Below the pieces are notes generated by a model, which saw only the letters and a list, made by a program, of their open reading frames with translations, did not search any database and was not told where the DNA came from. A stretch of 63,685 nt of DNA, filler included, from Octopus bimaculoides (lineage: Eukaryota), in NCBI RefSeq assembly GCF_001194135.2. It is 6 parts of 4 records of this genome, joined end to end, with 100 filler letters (N's around TTAATTAATTAA, not from the genome) between each part and the next. Parts side by side here need not be neighbours in the genome. Positions count along the whole stretch, not along the records: positions 62,052 to 63,685 come from NC_068984.1; 5 more parts are not named here. The stretch is one strand, 5' to 3'. Below, piece after piece: positions 63,678-63,685 of this stretch. A program made the position numbers and the translations under genes. The number at the start of each line of letters is the position of its first letter. Position 1 is the first letter of the stretch.

Positions 63678-63685
63678 ACATGCTT

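Overview
AT-rich, microsatellite-dense animal genomic DNA from a gapped draft assembly. The SINE/LINE repertoire looks to me like an octopus-type (coleoid cephalopod) genome; this is an inference from remembered repeat families, not a database result. No host protein-coding gene, rRNA, true tRNA or CRISPR array is supportable. Almost every ORF in the supplied track is a microsatellite translation or spans Ns. Five 100-nt spacers (44 N + TTAATTAATTAA + 44 N) split the window into six pieces whose adjacency is not guaranteed. The recognisable content is mobile DNA: a hAT-Charlie MITE carrying a nested ~0.9-kb foldback with TTAGGG tracts, a CR1/L2-type LINE end, two R4/Dong-type RLE LINE 3' ends in (AAT)n, an internally deleted L1-Tx1 relic, a full-length decayed FLYWCH-MULE (Phantom-like), Tigger and mariner relics, Gypsy integrase/LTR pieces, and many copies of about four SINE-like families. 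The most notable signal is three unrelated small repeat sequences carrying minimal type I hammerhead-ribozyme folds: 57.6-57.95 kb (head-to-head pair, fused to a tRNA-type B box), 47.13 kb (GUC site, 6-bp stem I), and a family with 3 copies at 28.5/30.2/35.3 kb that has a variant core. Several long perfect or near-perfect hairpins, a CpG-poor domain (~50.7-61.9 kb) and a few speculative exon/promoter candidates are also flagged.
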